DNA of 63,976 bases, filler included, from Thelocarpon superellum (GCA_026025795.1; 2 parts of 2 records of this genome joined end to end with filler, not necessarily neighbours in it); one strand, 5' to 3'. Counted from the first letter of the whole stretch, positions 10,061 through 23,723 are shown. Notes: generated by a model not told the origin, from the letters alone. Program-made: numbers and translations.

Positions 10061-13000
10061 TTACTCCTCAGCCAGGGCACCGGCATACTTCAGTAACCCG
10101 CCAGTCCAGACGCCCGTTTCCACCCCTTGCGCCTTCAATTGCGCCACGCGATCCAAGTCCACGAGCGCAAATGCTCCAACTGCATCACGCACCAGCTTCT
10201 GGTGCGCGCGACTCTCGAGGATGTCGACGTCGATGGTCTTGAGCGAGACGAAGCGGTAGATGTGCACCATTTTCTTTTGGCCGTAGCGTCGCGCGCGCCC
10301 GATGGCTTGCGTTGTCGACGAGTCCCACGCGTATTGGCTGGTGGTGAGGAAGGGCGAGAGGAAGATGATGTGGTTCGCGTTGGTCAGGTTGGCGCCGCTG
10401 GCGGATTCCGTGCCAACGTTCAACACGAGCACCTTCTTCTTCGAAGAACCCGTCTCTTGCTGAAACTGGCTCATCATGCTCGACGAGGGTTTGTGCGTGT
10501 GATTCGTCAATGCGAGGTTGCTGATCCCGTTGTCCGTGAGTGCTTCCGCTACCTTCTCCATCAGGTCGTCGTATTGTACAAAGAGAAGGACTTGGTCGTC
10601 GGCCGGGATCTCGTCCTTGATCAGATGCACCATCTCCTCTAGCTTGCGTCCGTAGTGACGGCCCTCGCGGTCGTCCGCGTCCTCTTCCCCCAGTTCCGCG
10701 GCGCCGACGACGTGGAAGCCCCGTGCCGCCGCGCTGCAGCCCGTCACGCCGCATTCTTCGTGACGCTGCGGATCGTCGAGACAGGGCTGACACGCCGTAT
10801 GGCCACAGAGGGTGAGGACCCAGAGGTCCGATGGGCTGACCTTGGCCTTGCCGCAAGCTGAGCATTCAAACTGAGCGCTGGCTTGCCCGCCGCGGCTCAG
10901 GCCAGAGTAGGCGCGTTGGAGCGCACGGACGACCTGGAAGAACCGGAGCGATCGTCGACGGGAAACGAATTCGACCGAGAGTCGGCGCAGTTGGCCTGCC
11001 AGCTCTCGCAATGCTTGCACTTTCTGCGCCGTCGTGGTCAAGCGCATCGACTTGCTGCTCTTGATCCGCATCCTTTCCGTCATCCCCGATTCCTCGGCGT
11101 CGATTGCGTTGTCTTCTGCCTCGCTGTCCAGATCACGGTCATCGTCGCACTCCTCGTCATCGGCAGTGTCGTCCGCGTCTCCCTTCCGCTTCCGACTCGT
11201 GAATGGTCGTCGCGTCGCCTTCCCCTTGCCCTTGATATTTCTACTGCTCCGCTTTCCCGCCTTCTTCTGACCCTGCGCCGCTTTCTTCTTCCGCGCGCCC
11301 AGCTTCTTCTGAAGTTCTCGGACGTCCGTGTCGGTGTAGAACTCGTTCCCGTCCTTGGCGCTGCTGGCCTTCTCGGCCGCCGCAACGTATGCTTGAAGGG
11401 CGCGCTCGGACGGAGCGTCGCCAAACGCCCCACTCGCCACGTTTTTCTTCCAGCCTTCAAAATGCTTGTCGTCAGACTTGCATTGTCGTTTGAGCCACGC
11501 CGCGTGTCGGAGGTGCATTTGGAGGTCCGCCTCGACTTCCGCCAGCTGACGCTCTCGCTCCACCACGACGAGGTCGCAGGCTTGAGTTGCGTTCTCGCGT
11601 CCATCCTCAAGCTCGTGCAGGGTAAAGTGAGAGCTCGCCTTTAGGAGGGCCTCTTCCGCCGTCTTGCTGGACCCCAGCGTCTCCGTCAGGCGCTTGACGC
11701 GATCATTCTCCGCCCGCGATTTACCTTGTCGGATCCTCATGTCTTGCGACATCAGATGGCAATGAAGCTCGAGATAGATGGCACGCTCTGCCGCCGGGAG
11801 CGTGACAGGTCGGAGGATTTCGCAAAAGGGAATCTCGTCAATCTCGGCAATGTTCTGCCGCACGAAGCGATCGAGGAACATCTGCGCCACCTCGTGTCGT
11901 CGTTCATGCCAGGCCGGTGACCGGACCTGCTTGAAGGCCTGGAATTTCTCCACGTCCGTTCGCTCGCTCTGAATCGCCCGGATCGTCTTCTCCTTCATGA
12001 AGCCTGCGCTGTCATCCTGGATCCCAAGGTGGATCCCCAGGAAGACCGAAATCGACTTGATGTCAGCGAATTCCTCCAGCGGCGGGGTTCCAGACAAGAC
12101 CCATCGGCATGTCGCGGCAAGGTTAACCAGACAGGTGTGATCCTTGCCCGCCACATACGTGTACTCGTCAACTACCACGCGGTTGAAGTGAAACATCTGG
12201 AAGAGCGGACACTTCATCTCGACCCAGTTTTGCTTGGCCGCCGGGGTCTGGAGCTTGAATGGATCTGGGTCGGTTTGGACGACCGGGGTAGCCGGCGAGT
12301 CCGACAAGTCCGACAAGTCCGACAGATTTCGCTTGTGACGCCCTTTCTTCGGCGAAGCCTTGCCCGTCGCCCCAGCGGCTTTGGCCTTTTGGTACGCCTG
12401 TCCTCGGAGACGTTTCGACGGCACCGTCGGTCGAAGCTTCTCCTCCCGTTCCGTGGCCGTCATCGCCGCACGCAGGTGTTGCCGAAAGGCCGTCGCCCCC
12501 TTGGTCCGCAGAAGCGGCACGTGTTCCGACACCCGCGCTAGGGCTTGCGCATACCATGCGTCAAACGCCCGGCCCGAAGTCGACGGCATATCGGGAAGCG
12601 CGGCGAATTGGGCCAGTTTGGCGAGATAGGTGACGTTGTTGAAGATGGGCCACGTTGTGATAATGATGTGCGCCTGTTGGAAGTCTCGCACGCTGAGGCG
12701 CGCCAGGTCTTTTTGGATCTTGATAATCAGCACGCGGTAAGTCGAGCCCAGAAACTTCTTGACTTCGTTGGCCCACTGGTCCACCAAGGTGGCGGGCACG
12801 ATGATGAGTGTGGCTCGAATCCAGATCTTTCCGTCAATCTCCTCAAGGGGCTTGTCCCGTTCCTCTTGAAACCGGAGGTCGATGAGGCCCAGCGTCGTTG
12901 CCGTCTTGCCGTAGCCGACTTGATCGGCCAGTACCCCGCCGCGGACCGTTATAGCCGTGGTAGCCCGCGCCTCAGCCCGCCATCCCAGTTGCGGCTGCAA

Positions 13001-16000
13001 GGCCTCCTCGACCTCTTCTTCGAGGAATGGGGCGACCTCGTCGGCTTCCTGACGGCGCATCCAATGGACCGACCGGAGTTGCTCTGGACGAAGAGGGGTC
13101 CGAAAGTGAGGGGGTTGGGTGGACGGAGGGTCGGATTTGTTGCTCCGCAAGGTGAGAGGTGGGAAGGTGACCTGGGGCGGCGCGACGTAGTTGGTCAACA
13201 AACGCCAGGCCACCGTCATGTCCGAAGCCTGCGGCGCGCCAGGAAGACGGGCCATCGCCCGATGGACCAGGGACCACACGTTGAGCCCGACGCGCAGCAT
13301 CCCGACGTCCTTCTCGTCGATGCGAACTTGGGTGAGAAAGGGCGACGGACGATTCTTCAGCGCGTGCTCATAGGGCGCAGCTTGTTGTGGGTCTTCATAC
13401 GGCCGCCATTTGTTCTTGGAATACTCCCACTTGACGCCCGGAGCCGGGGGCGCACACGCCGCGCATGCTCCAGCATCCTCGCCCAGCGTCAAGGCGTTCC
13501 ACGTCGCGAGTCCCTGGATACGGCGCACTCGTTCGGTCAGCCACGCAAAGGAGGTGAAGACCCCACTCTCATTCGGTTTGTCCACCTCGACCCAGTCACC
13601 GCGACCCCATCCGATATGTTCTTCGCATGGAAGCTGGACCCGGCACGAGAGGATCGTGTTGGCAATGTTGCAGGACGGTTCGACGAAAGCCGCTGGCAAC
13701 GGGTGGGGCGGGACCGCAAAAGACGCATCTTGGCCGCGACGGACGGGCACCAACGACGTCGATGGACTTGAGATCCAGCGTCCTTCTACGACGCAGGGGA
13801 CCTTTTCGGGCTCGAACCGGTGCGACGGCCGCCACGTTGCATCGACCGTGGCGACGACCTGACGGATTTCCCCATAGGTGAGACGGCGGATGTCGGTAGA
13901 GAAGACGAATGGGTCTCGGGCCGGATCGCCCAGCCTGGTCGGGTCGAGGAAGAGAAACATGGGCGCCGTCTCTGCGGCCGATATCTGGTGAGAGATGCGC
14001 TTCTTGTGCAGACTGCCAGAGGCTGTCGCGCAGTCTTGGAGCAGGTCATAATCGCCCTCGATTGCCATATCCAGGAGCTCCCGGGCACTGGGGTCGACCG
14101 CGACGTGGAGTGACGACCACACCTGCTTGTCGGCGAAGCGGGACTCGGTGAGTCCCAGCTTGGACTCCCACGAGCGGAGCAGCGTCCCCTGTCCGGTGAC
14201 CGTGATGGTGAAGCGGTTCGCGAGGGGAAGACAAAACTGCCAGGTGCCCGACAACAGGCTGACACGCGTGGGCCGCATCCGCGCAAACGGTCGCGCCAGC
14301 AGTCGCCGCACCGGGTCGTTCCCAGGTAGTCCAGCTTCGGGCTTGCCGAAGACGCGCCACTCGGCCTGACGGCCGTCCAAGATGAGCTCCATGCGTGCGG
14401 TGGGCGCATCGTAGGTGACGGTCCAAGTCTGTGCCCGCTTCAGCGAATGAAAGCGCAATTCCACTCCCAAGGCCGGTGCGATCGAAGACGCGAGCCGATC
14501 CCACTCGGCGTCATCTACCGAGATCTTCGACGTGGTCTGGAGCGTCTGGAGTCCTTCGAGGGTGAGCCCTTCGACAGCAATGCGCATGGGCAGCGCGTTC
14601 TTCAGCTGATCCTCAAAGTTGGCTGGAGGTAAGCGCGCCTGGAGCTCCGGCCGTGCGATGACCTCGTACCGATGCGAAGGGTTCCCACCACACTGCTCGC
14701 AAGTCGTATGGTGACACAAGACGCATCGCCGAAGCTTGTTGCTCGTCATGAGCGCTCGTCCTTCGCAGAGACAAAGACGTGCGCTCCGGACAGCGTCATG
14801 TAGGATGCGCGGGACCGGAATGGGCGCGACGTTGCCAAGGTCAAGGGGTGCCAGGACGAGCGCGTCATCGCCTCGCAGATGGTGCTGCACATCGACTGCG
14901 TCGACGGGCATCGGATCGCCGTCCGCTTGAGGGATGGCACGATGGCCAACGATCAGGGCCGCCAGGATAGCCGCGCCCACCACGGTCGATGTCATTGCGT
15001 TTCCCGCGAGGTCTTGCAGATTCTTTTGACTCTCGCGCGTCAGGAGCAGTTTCTCGATCGGGAGTCCCTGCATTGCAAGGGCTTCGAGACCGATCATCGG
15101 GCCGCCGCGGTTGGTGACAAAAGGGTATCCCGTCGGCGTGATGCAGGCCGTGATGCCGAAAGGCGTGGTGTCAGTGAATCGGTCGATGTTCTGCGATAGC
15201 TCCCACACCCGCGTCTTGTACTGCGAATCGAACCCACGCCGAACGTTGCGTAGGAAGGAGATCTCAAACGTGTCCCAGATGCGCTCGACCTGCTGCACGC
15301 CCCAGTCACCCCAGGCATAATCGGGCATGCGACACGACCCGTTATCCTCCCATCCGGTCAGGGGTCGCTTGGCTCCGAGGAAGAGGTCTGCCCGGTAGTC
15401 CTGATGACGGCCTTGGCACTTGGTCCAATCCACATCGCGCGGTCCGTCGTCATCACCGCGACGCATGCCCCGAGCCAACTCGGCGCGCCCGCGGTGCACG
15501 CGCGGATCGTCTTCGTGAAGTAAGAAGGCCTCGATGGAACTGCTGGCGGGTCGGCTCAAGGTCGACATGAGATGTTCCCAGCGTTCCACCACTGACTCAT
15601 GGGCGAGCTTCTTTCGGTCGACACAGATCATATAGCCACGCTGACGGGTGTGGGGGATGTAGTACTGCTTGGTGTCGAGCCGCACGTGCCGAGAATTGTA
15701 TCCGATTTCTCCCCACAGGATCTGGATGTCTTCCCATGGCGCGCTACACACGTTCTCCAACACGATCAGCGGCGGACGCCAGGCACGAGCGTACTGATAG
15801 ACGGCCTGGAACGTATCGCCAGACTCGCCTCCGGCACTGAGCGTTTGACGTTTTGTGTTCAGATTAGAAAAGTCAACGCAGGAGAAGCCGGCAACGAGGA
15901 GGTCAACATCCGCCGGGATCTCTGCTCTCGCTCCGTATGCCGTTGTCGCCGTGGTCGAATCCACCAACTCGCGAATGTCCCGAAAGATGATGGGCGGACT

Positions 16001-17679
16001 GAAGTTGCGTTCGATGTAGGCCTGCTTGTATGGCACAATCTCGGCACTGAACTGGTGCTCGAAGTCCAACGTGCGACCCTCGAGCTTGTTAAGACCTGTA
16101 TCCAGTCAGCAGCGAGCGTGAGGATGCAGAGGAATGACGCACTCTCGTTGACGAGCTGCAACGCCAGGATCGGACTCTCCGTCCCGGAACACATGGTCGC
16201 GACCTTGAGCTTGTTGCTTCGCAAATGCTCCACGGCCTTCATCAACCCCTGTTCTCGAGCCGCCCGCGTGAGATCCTCAAAGATCTCGCCGATGTCGTGC
16301 ATCGGAGGCAGCTCCTCTCGGATACCTGCCTTGTACGTCCACGTATCCGTGTTGCGCGAATCTTGCGCGCGCTTCGTCGGCCGCTTCTTCGCGGACGTCG
16401 AATTGGCGGCCGAGGCAGCGCCGAGAGCCCCCATGGACGAGATTGTCGCTTGCACCTTAACGCGCTTCCGCGGAGGAGGGGCGGCCTCCGCCTCTTCGCT
16501 GCGCTCTATGTCCTCCTCTGATTCCATGTGGTCGAGGGAGCGCTCTGACGGACTTGACGGGCTTAGGTTTCCCGGTTCCACGTCGGATGAGGTCTGGCTG
16601 GAAGCTTCCTCTGCTTCAGAGGCACGGAAATCCTCGGTATCTGAGCTCGACGAAGTGTACTCGTCGTCACTGCAAGCGCTTGGTGAGCAGGTGAGATGCA
16701 GACACACAGAGAGAGCCGGGGGGGAGGGGGAAAGAGTTGACGGATTTTCAGCGTGTACAAGGGAAACAGGATGGTCAAGAGTTCATGAGGATCAGACAGG
16801 GGACCTTCGAGTTGTTGGACAGCACAGGTCAGGACAGTAGGAAGTGAAGAACATGGGAACTCGGGATAGCAATTTCAAGGATGGTTAGGTATTCACCCAC
16901 CTCGAAGATATAGAGCTCGCGCCTGCGCGGACTTGGATGTCGCCATCCAGTGAATGAACGGCTCGCGCGGGCCTCTGTCTTAGGCTCCGCGCGCCTTGGC
17001 TTTGCGTCGAAACGCGCCGCACTCCAACAAAGAACGACTCGATTGGCTTTTGAGTCCCCGTCATAGCCTTCTGATTCACTAGGCGTGGACGTGCAACCAA
17101 GTTGGAGGTCTCGGGTGTCTTGGGCGTCTTGGGTGTCTTCTTGGCTTGCGGGACTGGACACAAGTCCTGTCAGCATGGGACGTGTTGATGGTTCAAGGGA
17201 ATTCGTGAGAAGCCACGTCATGTAGGACTCAATACAGTCGAAGTAGGACACAAGGGTAGGACAACCTAATCACGAATTTGTGCATGAACCATCCCCGCCA
17301 TTTTAAAGCAGCAATACCGAGGTCTTTGATGTTGGCTGGGCATCTCATGCGCGCACAGAACAGTGGGGCATATATGTCACTCACCCTCAACCTTGGCGAG
17401 CCACATGCGACCCTTGGGCCGATGCCTGTTTGGATTGACCACATCTGACTTGCATGGCTCCCGAGATTCCGCTTTTGAAGAGCGGCGAATGGGTGAGATG
17501 TGTAGTGCAGTCATTTTCCCCTTCGCCATGGAGTGTCTCATCGGTCGCGGCTGTTGCGCAGCTTTCTTTGACCGGCCACGAGTCTGTGAGACAACCTCAC
17601 TATCAGTGTCATTGTCGTTGGATAGTCGGCTTTCAGGGTATCGGATGGCGGCCTTGGTTGTCCTTCGGAGAGGTGCCAT
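10061..17679 (-). CDS. DNMT5: DNMT5-type C5 cytosine DNA methyltransferase fused to a SNF2 ATPase with RING finger
   Basis: MTase motifs: I LKVATMCSGTESP, IV DLLVAGFSCVDFS, VI IVLENV, VIII PHTRQRGY, X DLAGNAMTSTVV. SNF2 motifs: GGVLADQVGYGKT, VVVDEYTY, WVLSGTP, QAIGRARRYGQ. RING: CSAC...CGHTACQPC...CGVTGC. The intron at 16142-16096 joins the 15859-16707 ORF to the 2002-aa ORF. The 5' exons (16673 up to a putative ATG at 17679) are uncertain. Confidence 0.9.
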
Positions 17680-18385
17680 AGTGGAACTATACGAGAAATC
17701 GGACGTCTCCCGGACCAAGGTCTGCGGCCACGATATGCCCAGAATGGCAATATCGACGGAAGCTGGAGGTTTGAAGAGGTCATTGAGGGGCCAAATGACT
17801 GGACCAACGTCAGTTGAGGATCGAAAGAGGCGGGAAGACAAGGATAAGCACCGACGGACAGCTCTGGAGGTGGAGCGGGACTGCTTCACGCAAGAACCCA
17901 CAGTCGGGAAAAAAGGAATCAAGAGGGTAGAAGCTAGGAGAAGCTCGAGGCTGGAGAAAGGATCCCGCGGACCGTCTGTGGACTCGGTGGCACGAGGACA
18001 ACCAGCTCACAGTCCAAGGCCAGTGGGTGAAGACTCGAGTTGCCCGTTCACCTTCCAGCACCCAAGGTCGAGGGACGCGAGATGCCCAAATTAACCGAGA
18101 CACGCGATCTGCCATTGCATCCATGGGGGAACGCGTAGCCGAGCCAAGAACAACATGACGTGAAAGCGACGTGATACCTGAGTTCGAGAACTTAACGCCG
18201 GGATTCCGCCGTTGGACGGCCGTCCACGTGACCCTGCGTTGCAATCTTCGTCTCCAGTGGTACGGAGTACCAAGAGACGGGAAGCTGACAACGGCTTTGT
18301 AGACCTCCCTGCACTGATGAACTCGTCTTCATGCATCGAGTTGGACACTCATATTCATGATGCACAACACGCTCTCTATTTCTTT

Positions 18386-19467
18386 CTAGAAGCCGCCTCC
18401 CAGGCGAAAGGTCGTCCCATCTCCGTACCACAACGTCCCATGACGACAGTCCAGCCCCTTTTCTTCTCCGACTATCCATTCGGCCCCGTGATTCATCTCT
18501 TGCGCATGGGGCCAGTACTGCTCTTGTAGCCACCTGTTGATGTTTTCAATCGCAGCGATCCATTGCTGCATCTTTTCCCGGTCGGGGATGTGCTGATTCG
18601 AACCATCATCCCGCCTGCTGTGATCATCGGCGGTGACGAAGCGTCCGATGGTCAGATGTGCCGATGGGACTGTATAGCGAGAGTCAATCTTGACGCCGGC
18701 TTGTTGGCATTGGGTGAACAGGTCACGTCGCAGATGATGATAGGTGAATTCATCGTCCGCCGCTGTCCTACCCCGCGCGAGACCTTCCCCGGCAGCCGGC
18801 TCGAAACTCAAGGCAACAGCGGCGGCATCATAGCTCAGCATCGGCTTGATGAGGCGTGCGCGATGGGCTTGCGTGTAGTCTGTGATCTGTGGGATGTGCG
18901 GCTCCATCGTCTTGATCAAGGCGGCAATCTCCGCCGCCGTGCGGGAATGAGTGACCTCAAGCGTGGTCATGTGTAGATGATTCAATGGCATCAACCACAA
19001 GTCTACGAGTGTGAGAAAACCCTGGGCGATGAGAACGGGCCGGCTCACGCACTTGGTGCGACGCTCAGCAGCTTCTGTTGGATCTCATGGATCAAGGCTC
19101 GGAGTTTCGCCGGCGGGCGCGCCCAGAAAACCAAACAGTGGCGTGGGTCGACATAGCCCGGCTCAATTGCTGCGTCATGGAGACGCAGTAAGACAGGATC
19201 CAGCGTCACTCCAGGAAATGCAGGATCCAGCAGTTTGGCACGCTGCTGCCCGTTGCGAGTCTGGCGGTGAATCGCGTAGCGACGTTGTACTTCGGTCTAT
19301 CGAACCATAGTCAGATTCCGCCTCGTGTCCTATGTAATCAGACTACCAACAGCGTTGAGCGATGTGGAGAGCAGAGCATCGTAAGGGTTGTCGAAGTCGC
19401 GCGTGGAAACGCCAGATAGATCCTCGAATGGGTCCGGCGGGGTGGCCTTTGGATGCACGGTGGCCAT
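18386..19467 (-). CDS. 2H phosphoesterase (LigT / cyclic phosphodiesterase-like) family protein, ~3 exons
   Basis: Two HxT motifs (LHMTTLE, SAHLTIGRF). Upstream exons read NPYDALL...HRQTRNGQQRAKLL...DPRHCLVFWARPP, typical of this conserved fungal family. Confidence 0.75.
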
Positions 19468-19903
19468 GTTGGATGGCGAGAGATCCGCTTACGGTTGGGA
19501 AACGGACTTGATCCGCCTCCGGTTGCAACGGTGAGTGACCCTTATATGCCTTTGCGTACTACGTCGTCACTCATTTCCGCAAAAAACGCGAGAAGAGACG
19601 TGCAAGACGTTCATCTTGCGTTTCCTGCCGGGCGGAGACTCGAACGGGGCTTTGCTACGAATCATTCCTAGGCGGTCCACGGATCCTTCCCGCGACGTCG
19701 GGAGGCCTTGAGCGATCGCACCACAGCTAAGATTCCATCCATAGCGTGCCGCGCCGCTCGTCTGCGGTGTCATCCACTACCAAGATGCTGTGGCATGCTT
19801 CACGTTGTTCTTGACCCCGAACCTATGTACAAATTCGCCGCGCCCATAAAGCAAGTCCGCACCGCCACATTGAGAGACGGAGATGGTGTAGCGATGGCCG
19901 CAT

Positions 19904-20413
19904 CTAGAACACGAGCGCCGCGCCCTTGGTCTTCTTGTCTCCGCTGTCATCCTTGTTAGTCCGGGTCCCAGTAGAAAGTCCACGCCATGGAGCGTCGACG
20001 AATGAAAACAGCACATACCCCAACTCAAAGTGCTTGCATCGTTTCAGCGCCAACTGTGCCTTGGTCTTGCATTGTGTGCATTCTAACCGGAGCACCACCT
20101 TCTTCGTCGTCTTGGCTTTCTTCTTGAAGACGGGTTTCGTTTGACCTCCGTAACCGGACTGTTTGCGATCATACCGGCGCTTTCCCTGTGCGAAGAGTGA
20201 TGCCTGGCAAGTATTGGTCAACGCTGACGATGCGGACCTCCATGAAAGGCGTAGCTACCTTGCCGGCCTTGTACTGGGTAACCTTATGTTGGGTGTGCTT
20301 CTTGCAATCCTTGCCCTTGCAATAGGTGCGCCGGGTTTTGGGAACGTTCACCTGTAGGACACCAGGGAAGGTCAACGTACGATCACTCTAGGCAAGACGA
20401 GAAGCCTCACCAT
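19904..20413 (-). CDS. RPL42: 60S ribosomal protein eL42 (L42/L44/L36a), 4 exons
   Basis: [92 protein letters not shown]...[25 protein letters not shown]. Confidence 0.97.
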
Positions 20414-20779
20414 CGTGGCGGTAGATGTGGTCGCGGATGGATATGTGGGTAGTTGAGGGCGATTGGAGTCAACGTAGCGTTTGCGAATGCGTGGGCTCGG
20501 GTCAGCCCTAAAGCACCGCACGCGAAGGACTGGTCACGTGATCCAACCCCCCCTACTATCAGTAAGATCCTTGTCGAGACGATTTGGAATTCAACATGGT
20601 CATGTCCGGGCTGCGGCGTCACTGTAACTCCATGAGACACCTGCGGCCCATGGCGGGGCAGGCGGAGATCTCATACACGAGCTGCGCCGTTGATCGTCGA
20701 GTATGAAGTTGATCCGTAACATATCCTTCATATTATCGTCTCCAACGTTGAACCTCCAATTTCCAAAAGAAGTACATTG

Positions 20780-22957
20780 CTATGCTACGTGCATAAACTG
20801 CTCCTGACCTCTCGGAACGATACGAAGGGGTACTCGGCCGACCAGCTGTAACGTGAGCCGTTGCTTCATGTTGTTCCTCATCATGTCATCGGCGCGCGCC
20901 CGTGCCTTTTCCCACGCGGCCAGTCGTTGGCGCCCAGCCATGGGCATGTTCGCGAGTTCAGAGGGTGTCGCAAAATCATCCACCGCTAGCTCAATGCTGT
21001 AATCCCGGAAGATGACGGCGATGACGGCCAGGATCTCGACCTGCGCAAATCGTCGTCCCAAGCAGGCGCGAGGGCCTTCGCTGAAGGCCATGAACGCCCC
21101 ACGAGGCGGCCGAAACAAGGTATGGGGGATCTCGGGTGCGTCAGCGCCATCCACGTCAGTCGGACTGTTGGCCATCGGAGTCTCGGGCGCCGCGTGGGCG
21201 GCATCGACGAACCAGCGCTCAGGCGCGAACCTCGCAAGATCCTCCTCGGAGCTCAACGTCGCAGACGGGGGAGATGGTCCGCGAGGCCAGATACGCGGAT
21301 TGCGCTGCGCCCCGACTGCATCTAGCCGGATGCTTGTGTGTGCCGGGACGACGACGCGCCGACCATCGACGGACAACGGTTGTTCGTGCTGACGGGTACT
21401 TTTGGGAATGCCCATGATGGGAGGATACAAGCGTAACGTCTCATTCATGACGGCGCCGGCCATGCCTCCCAGCAGTCGGAGAATGTCCTTGTCGTAGTGC
21501 CATTCGGTTATCGGTCGCTGACCGAAGATCTGATCGAGGTCCTGCTGGAGACGAAGCTGGCTCGAAGGGTTGCAGGCCAAGGATAGCAGGGTCATACGCA
21601 GCACACCCGCCGTCGTCTCATGTCCGGCAAAGAGGAAGACGAAGGCGTTGCCCAAAATCTCATCGTTGCTCAATAGCTGACCCGATCGGTCCGTGCCCTT
21701 TTCCCACCCTGCCGCGTCGGCCGGGGACGTATCGCGCGTGATGCCAGCCCCACGTACCAGTGCTCCTGTGGGGCGGTCAGTCTTGGCCGACATTATGGCG
21801 GGGGAAGGATGAAATACCCATCAGATCCAATCCGGCGCCGGGATAGTCATGCTGGACCTCCTCCTTCTTGGCCATGTACATGGCATTCATATACTGACGC
21901 CACTCGAGAAAGGCCATCCAGGCGCGCCGCGGACGGCCACCAACCACCTTAGCGGCGAGACCTGGAAGTCAAGCTCGTCAGCCTGGCTCGCTCGCGCCCC
22001 TGGGAGCCGGAGACTCACGTAGGAGGGAGTGGGGCGTAATCAAGACGATCCACAGGTTTTCCAGCAGCCCACTCAGGGCATCCCGGTAACTCAAGGTATG
22101 TCCCAGTGGCACCTCGGAGCTGCTAGTCTTCGTGGTCACGTCGGCGCTGCCAGGACGGGACCAGGCCAATTTCTTGCCAAAACCAGCCATGCTGATGATG
22201 TGCAAGGTCAACATCATCGTGTCGGCCGCCAGATCGGGAATGGCGCCCTGGCTCTCGAGGCTCCGCCACGCCCCAATCATCTCCCGCGCCTGGTCGATGG
22301 ATTCGGCCCACACCGACGCATTGTTCTTCTCCGTGAAGGGCACGGCGGTGATGCGCCGGTGATGACGCCACACGGCGCCTTCGGTGCTGACGACGTTGGG
22401 TCCGTAGACCTCGACCAGGCGATAGGCGTGCGTGGGCTTCTGAAAGTCTTGCCGGCGCGTGTTCATCTGGCTGATGACCTCCGGGTCGCACGTCCACAGG
22501 CAGAGGCCACCCGGGGCCACGGTGATGAGCGTCTCCGTGCCCAGTCGCTCGAAGATGCCATACTTTTCCTTCCACAGCCAGCCTGGGGTGATGAGCCTAG
22601 GCGTCACGGGTGAGTGTCTGCGGTGCGACGGGGGGCCGGGCGACGGACTTGAGCCATGGATCCGACCAGGATGTCGGAAGCATGCGCAGGTAGGGCAGGA
22701 CAAAGCCGCTGGTGAGGAGCCAGAGCATGTTGTACATGAAGACCCTAAGGGCTTGTCAGCGGCCACGGCTTGGCTGCGGGGGGTTCGATCGAGGCAACTG
22801 ACGGGACGACAACATATTGGATGCCCGATCGCTTCGCGGCGGCGATGTGACGGGTCAAAGATCGGTAGAGAGAGAAGAAGTACGCGGCTGGAAGGAGCAC
22901 CAGAGCCACGAGGATGATGGGATAGGCATAGGCCTCATTCATCATCCACAGCGCCAT
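20780..22957 (-). CDS. Cytochrome P450 monooxygenase (multi-exon)
   Basis: N-terminal TM anchor, WRHHR C-helix, I-helix FAGHETTA, ETLR (ExxR), PERW and the heme motif FSEGPRACLGRRF. Confidence 0.92.
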
Positions 22958-23723
22958 CGTTGGTGTGGTTGGGTGAGGCTGCTGCACCTCGGAGGGTCAG
23001 CACAGGACCTGTTGGAGAGCCATGCGGAGCAGCCAATGGCCCAGAGGAGGGATGGCGGACGCCAGCCGCTTGGACGAGCGTTTGGTCCGATGGCATGTTG
23101 AGTGTGATTGGTGTAAGCTGCCCCGTCAACCTGCTTTATTCAGGACCTCGGTGGCGCCTCATTTGAGCGACCGCTGCCACGATTGGCTCAATTGGCTGAT
23201 CCATGGCCCAGTTGGGACGTGCGGCGCCGCTCCCGCCTGTAGCGTTTCGCATCGGGCAACAAGGCCTCGCTTACAGGCAGACGAGTACGAATATGAGCAC
23301 AGGGAAAGGCGGTGGAACGATGGGCGGGATTCTCTCAACAAGCGAGATCGCATGTTTGACCCCAGTACGAGTATGGCAATTAACCACTTGCCTTAGAGTC
23401 CGATGTGGAATCGGACGAGAGTGAGACAAGAGGCGCGGCAGGTACCTCAGCCCATCGATGTCCAATGTGAGCCTTGGCTTGGACCCAGGCCGGCGGTACA
23501 TCCAGAGATCGGATTTTGATCGTTGAGACATCCAACGAGCGTCCTCAGCCCCGGTAGTTCGTCCCGAGGTCTAACGTGCGTCATGCCCTTGAGCAGACGC
23601 AAAAGAAGAAATCAAGTGGCGACTCATCACGGATATCCCCAAGACTGCACGATCCTCGAGAGCATGCAGATGCCACAATGCTCGATACCCACTCCAGCTG
23701 CATCATGCTCGCTCGACACCTCA

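Noticed and set aside
12298..12325. 9-bp repeat (LSD x3) in DNMT5, and poly-Ala/His/Glu codon runs elsewhere
   Set aside because: Ordinary slippage in disordered regions.
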